Positions 59,601-64,000 of a stretch of DNA of 64,000 bases are shown one piece after another. The DNA comes from Lytechinus pictus. Its lineage: Eukaryota. The stretch is taken from contig NC_087245.1 of the NCBI RefSeq assembly GCF_037042905.1, positions 9,860,001-9,924,000 of the forward strand, in the 5' to 3' direction. The position numbers and the translations under genes were made by a program. How positions within the stretch are numbered: the stretch's first letter is position 1; each line of letters begins with the position of its first letter. A model generated the notes under the pieces. The model was not told the origin of the DNA, made no database searches, and saw nothing but the letters and a program-made list of their open reading frames with translations.

Positions 59601-61482
59601 AAAGCTACGCACTCAATTTATCATGCAAAGAAAAAGTATTTCCTGTGCCTAAACTTCTAAATAATGTTCATATTCTTATAGGAAAATATGGAATCAAAGT
59701 GAATATAACTCCAAAATTCCAAACAGTTGCTGGTTTTCTCTGTAGCTGTATTTAGCGATTTATTGGCTTTTATAAAATAGGTGTATTATTTCAAGCATCG
59801 CGATTGGCCAATACGCGTCACATGACATCCAACTTTTTGGGTGCACTGCACTACAATACAGTGCGCAACGAAAATTGACATTGCACGCTCAAGCAAACCA
59901 ATGCGGTAGAAGTCCCGGGAGAAGTCCAACAATTAGATATGAGAAGTCAATTTTCACCAACTTGCCCCACTGCCTCCTTAAACTTTTTGAAGCATGAATG
60001 AAGCAGACAAAATTAGAAGATGGACCTGGAAGCTCGACTGCTAATTCAGCATTCTTCCAGTATTTGCGGTAAGGTACATGTAAGGTAAGACTGAACTGTA
60101 ACTTTTTAAGAATTTGTTTCTGTGTTGCTATTTTATAAAACAAGTAATGCACTTGCTCTGTCGTGCGTAAAAGTAAATGCAGAGAAAGCTCGGTTTCTTC
60201 AGATGGTGCACACTTGGCACTCGCCGCCAGCGGCTCGTGCACAGTGCGGCACCTATCTAAAGAAACCCCGCATACCTTTCGAGGTATGATTTGAAGGACT
60301 GTGTGGAATTGAGGTTTTTTATTCCTGGTGGGAGATTGTTCCAGTCTTTTTATTGGTAAAAAAAAAACTCCTCAAAAACAGACGGCTGCAAGCTGTCTAC
60401 GACTGGTACTGGTAGTGGTATACCCAGTGGTACTTTAGTCATGGTTGTGTGTCCGGACGGGTTGTGTGTACGGACGGGTTGGGTGTCCGGACACATGATT
60501 TTTACTCTCAATTTTAAAAAGTTTACAAGCAATGTCTTTAATTCTTTTTAGCACAGAATCTAAGAAAATATTATAAAGAACAAATATTGATGGTGAAAAA
60601 AAACTATTCAACCTATATTTTTGGTTTATTCCTGAGATAAAAACAAGGCTTCATTTCTGTTAACTTTAACGTTAGTGTTACGTGTCCGGACACCCAACCC
60701 CCCACCCTAGCCAGGCGGCTTCTAGAGAGTAAAAATCATTTACTAACGTAAGGTCACTCTCATGAAGCCAGGGCTTCCGTCATATACTTTTGTGTGTACC
60801 ACCAAAAAACCTGAAACTTTCGCCCCCGAGATTTCTACTTTCTTTCTAAAAGATCTAGCCCTAAATCATGTACATGGGATAAAACTTCATTTCCGACATT
60901 TCTACGCTCTCGTTGTTATTTTTGAACAAGAATTCATCAAAAAAATGAGAGAAATATTGTGTAAAGACGGAAGAGACTTGCCCGATGTTTACGCCGCCAT
61001 CTTGTTTTCTATTGTTCTTCCCCAACGTTACCCGACGCACGCGTCTGTAACGTTAGCGAAGAACAATAGGAAACAAGATGGCGGCGTAAACATCGGGCAA
61101 GTCTCTTCCGTCTTTACACAATATTTCTCTCATTTTTTTGATGAATTCTTGTTCAAAAATAACAACGAGAGCGTAGAAATGTCGGAAATGAAGTTTTATC
61201 CCATGTACATGATTTAGGGCTAGATCTTTTAGAAAGAAAGTAGAAATCTCGGGGGCGAAAGTTTCAGGTTTTTTGGTGGTACACACAAAAGTATATGACG
61301 GAAGCCCTGGCTTCATGAGAGTGACCTTACGTTAGTAAATGATTTTTACTCTCTAGAACTTAGAAGCCGCCTGGCTACCCCACCCTACGTTACTTATAAA
61401 CGTTAGATCTAACGTTACTTACGAAAAATATGAAGTTAAAGAAGAACATCAAATATTTGATGCATTTTGCCGATCCTTCCAT
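41537..61482 (-). CDS. Tetraspanin, 6-Cys EC2, CD63/TSPAN7-like; 6 coding exon positions with duplicated alternatives at positions 4 and 6
   Basis: Exons 61482-61423, 54598-54410, 53606-53436, [43886-43725 or 43636-43490], 42674-42591 and [41886-41821 or 41626-41537], all phase 0 with GT-AG. Four TM segments, KCIKYLMFFFNFIF, GFFGCCGAVKEN, CCG, PxSCC and a C-terminal YxxPhi. Exact orthologue not assignable by eye. Confidence 0.95.
41821..41886 (-). CDS. Tetraspanin terminal exon 6a (IFGIAFACCLMRVVKGEYETV*)
   Basis: tacag acceptor, TAA stop, terminal YxxPhi motif. Confidence 0.93.
   Translation of the reverse strand: MFGIAFACCLMRVVKGEYETV
42591..42674 (-). CDS. Tetraspanin exon 5 (ACYPALKDLLIGNIGIIAGVAIAIAVIE)
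   Basis: tttcag acceptor, GAG|gtgggt donor; last EC2 Cys and start of TM4. Confidence 0.95.
43490..43636 (-). CDS. Tetraspanin exon 4b, variable EC2 (LECCGSDNYTDWLG...VPQSCCKSPSVSNCN...DIYTE)
   Basis: tattag acceptor, GAA|gtaagc donor, 147 nt open, 5 Cys. Confidence 0.92.
43725..43886 (-). CDS. Tetraspanin exon 4a, variable EC2 (LECCGTLNYTSWFG...VPMSCCITMLEGCN...KIHVY)
   Basis: catcag acceptor, TAC|gtaagt donor, 162 nt open, 5 Cys. Confidence 0.9.
44536..49537. mobile_element. 5-kb composite non-autonomous DNA transposon, Academ-like (TAG..CTA ends, 3-bp TSD ATG)
   Basis: TAGTCCAGGAAAAATAA ... TTATTTTTCCTGGACTA with ATG on both sides; a second left end at 45357; about 1-kb diverged inverted arms (45357-46430 vs 48560-49537); no intact ORF. 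Confidence 0.75.
47964..48326. mobile_element. Foldback-like MITE built from about 57-bp internal repeats, nested in the 5-kb element
   Basis: TAATCATCTCGTCATGTCTACAT ... ATGTAGACATGACGAGATGATTA, with repeated GATCTCGTCATGTCTACA units in both orientations. Confidence 0.8.
53436..53606 (-). CDS. Tetraspanin exon 3 (FAFIMVLLLILELAAGISGY...LFDNMQKN), TM3 and constant EC2 helices
   Basis: tgtag acceptor, AAC|gtaagt donor. Confidence 0.96.
54410..54598 (-). CDS. Tetraspanin exon 2 (IFGLGIIIGG...GFFGCCGAVKENYCMLAT)
   Basis: ttttgcag acceptor, ACG|gttagt donor. Confidence 0.96.
57275..58227 (-). mobile_element. DINE-1/HINE-type (Helentron-associated) element with an internal tandem array
   Basis: Subterminal IR GTCTCACCTGCAT (57297-57309) / ATGCAGGTGAGAC (58210-58222); five 147-192-bp units starting CARGATGTTCAGT; (GCC)n microsatellite; terminal stem-loop; A/T-run flanks. 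Confidence 0.75.
60708..61377. mobile_element. 670-bp near-perfect palindromic element with TAG..CTA ends and an 8-bp TSD (hAT-like MITE)
   Basis: About 315-bp arms, apparently identical except a 7-nt insertion near the right end and a few central mismatches; CCCCACCC at 60700-60707 and 61378-61385. Confidence 0.92.
61423..61482 (-). CDS. Tetraspanin exon 1 (MEGSAKCIKYLMFFFNFIFF)
   Basis: caaaATGG start context, TTC|gtaagt donor, canonical tetraspanin N-terminus and TM1 start. Confidence 0.93.
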
Positions 61483-62935
61483 TTTGACTGTTTTTCTTTT
61501 ATCACTCCTTTGGCTTTAGAAGAAGAGATGGACGTCAAACTCAAACTAAGCAAAGGTGGTGCTGTACAATTCCTCAGCACAGCTCAGATGTGTATGTAGC
61601 GCCGGTGTACGTGTCGCCTGATCCTGCAGCCTATACGTCTTCCTGATCCTCTGCACGCAGATTACCTCGATACAATGCACACAGTACAATACACGTCACA
61701 TCTCAGTCAACATGCACAAAATACTGTAAACAAATGATGAGGTGCCTGTTTCCTGCAAATTTAGCGCTCGAAAATCATACGCGGTTTAAAAAGATAGGTC
61801 TTTTTTTTTTATAGTGTTAATAAAAATCAGGTAATTAATTCTCCAAAGCAATATCAGAACAACTATAGATATTAATTATGAATTAAAACTGATAAAAAAA
61901 GATAGATCATTTTTGCAAGAAAATAGCAAATAAATGAAATGGCATGACGAATCACCTTATTTCTTGAACTTATTATAATTACGCATCCTGATTACCGAAA
62001 CGTCATTAAACTTTTTTAGAGGATTAGCTCACAAGTTCATTCATCATCACATGGAATACTATAGTAATCACGTGCAGTTTGAGATGAATAGTCCCAATAA
62101 CAATGTTTATGGGGGCCTGTTCCGGGGGTTCCGGGGTCTGTTTAAAACAATAACCAAAAATGCACTACCCGGGGTACTATTCCCTTTTTCTTCAAAAGTT
62201 GAAACAAAATATTTTTATATTTAATTATAATAGCCTTTGCGGTAGATAAAATGAGTTAGAAATGAATATTAACAATAATTTCGTTTTCATTGAAAAATAT
62301 TCATGAAAATTGAATGCCCCTTGCCGATTTGTAGGCCTACTAAATTCTTCTTTTGCGGGGAGGGTGAAATCAAAAATAGGGGCCTACATATAAATCTTGA
62401 GAAAAATAATTAACAAATAATAGAAAATTTATGAGCATTTGAATTGAGATATCTAATGGTGCACATAATACGGTATTATACACAGGATGTATTACTTACT
62501 GCCACTTTTTAATTATCAAGTACGTCTATCAATAGCTAGGGTTTTTTAATGGGGTGACATATAATTCAGGGCCAGCTATAGAATATATCGAGTGGACTCC
62601 GGAGTGGACTATGGGCCTCAATCCACACGTGAATCTTGAATCATCATTGTAATTGATGATTGATATTATCGTTCAAGTGACTGTGCATGATTAACGTTCG
62701 TAATTCTAATCTAAATTAGTTCACACGTGCCTCATTATAGCCTTATTTTTCACTTGAATCATCATTCAAATTACGATTTTTTTTTTTTTTTTTACCATGT
62801 GAAAAATGTACTAGTCAAATTAGATAATGGACAAAATTGATGTTTTAGACTTTTGGTGTACGGGAGCACTGGCGGATCCAGGGAGCACAGCAGCCGGTCC
62901 GTATTTTTTTCATGGATGAAATGCACAATTTGGGC

Positions 62936-63970
62936 ATGGGCGGAAATCCCAGGGGGGACAGGGGGGACGTGTCCCCCCTACTCAAAATAGTAGGGGGGAC
63001 ATAATATCAAATGTCCCCCCTACTATTTTTGGTCTTTAATGATGGTAAGAAATACATCATTCTAAATCGAAATAAAACATTTATTTTGGGACGAGACGAC
63101 CTTACTTTGGCGATGATAACCTTTTTTTTGCTTGTCAAATTTCCCCGCCCCTTGACCCCATAGGCGGATCCAGGAAGCCGAAAGCCCCCCCCCCCCCTTG
63201 GCGGAGCAAAAAAAGGGAAAGAAAGAAGGAAAAAAGGAGGGAAAAGAGAGGAGAAAAGGAAGAGAAGAACGACGAGTGCATAAGATAAGGTGAGGGGAAG
63301 ACTTGGAAAATAAAAAGAATCTTTCGTGCCACTATAAAAAAATTTCGCTCGATCTTCGCGCTCGCATTGCCTGTTGGGTGATTTACATATCTTGTTCAAT
63401 ATGGAGTTGGAATATCAAGTTTGGAACTCCAATATACAAAACGTATTTCACCTCGGAAATCGAACTTTCACTATTTTGTATAATTTACAAATTGGTTTTT
63501 AAAAAGTGCTCTGTAAAAATTTCAGTTTTATGGTCTAAATGTTAACATTTGCTGCTCGCGCTGCGCGCTCGCAAATTTTGATTGATCAGGTACCTATTAT
63601 TTTCGTGTATTCCATAAAGTTTTCAAAATATCCCTTTTCAGGTCTGATTGTCAAGACGTATCAGCTAGTGCGCTGCACGCTCGCATTTTGATTGGCGAGT
63701 TATATAAATGTTTCAGTATTGATTATACAACAAACTACTTAAAATCCCCTTTTCATGACAGTTTATCAAAAAAAATTAGCTCGCGATTTGCGCTCGCATT
63801 AATGGTTAAAAATATATTAACTGATGCATCCTATTCATATAATCACAAAAGTGAAATGTTCAATTTTTATGCCATGATATCATCAGATTTCGCGCCCTCA
63901 TTATATAGGCATTAATAACTATGATATTAATTTAATAATTAAATTGTCCCTTTTGTTTCATCTCGCGCTT
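62936..63970. repeat. Interspersed repeat cluster (GGGGGGAC/GTCCCCCC family and CGCGCTCGC-motif family)
   Basis: Matches repeats at 5700-5803 and 330-590. Confidence 0.6.
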
Positions 63971-64000
63971 AGCAGGAGGAATAGGAAGATAGTCATCATT

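Noticed and set aside
60762..61316. Two ORFs with nearly identical sequence on opposite strands (MKPGLPSY...)
   Set aside because: Artefact of the palindromic MITE; no recognisable domain.

Overview
AT-rich, intron-rich animal genomic DNA, probably a sea urchin or similar invertebrate deuterostome judging by repeat types (inference). It is not prokaryotic, and almost all ORFs in the supplied track are spurious or partial exons. Two convergent spliced genes can be rebuilt from GT-AG boundaries. On + is an ICA1/ICA69 (RIC-19) arfaptin-BAR gene (CDS 7074-27243, about 554 aa). On - is a 6-Cys CD63/TSPAN7-like tetraspanin (CDS 61482 down to 41821 or 41537, about 238-251 aa). The main finding is a set of internally duplicated, apparently alternative exons. 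The tetraspanin has two paralogous exons for the CCG-containing variable EC2 loop, only 88 nt apart; upstream of the first lie a 105-nt AG-free zone and a YCAY cluster. It also has two paralogous terminal exons giving tails ending ...GEYETV* or ...GPYVVVVQSSNQGT*, a potential 2x2 switch of extracellular surface and sorting tail. ICA1 has a duplicated exon pair just after its BAR domain. The rest is non-autonomous DNA transposons with readable TIRs/TSDs (piggyBac-, Kolobok-, Tc1-, Harbinger-, hAT/P- and Academ-like), a DINE-1/HINE-like element, a tRNA-derived SINE, a decayed LINE, a ~600-bp TTTC/TTCC microsatellite, and a near-perfect 670-bp palindrome 45 nt from the tetraspanin exon-1 donor. 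All splicing claims are predictions from genomic sequence and need RNA evidence.
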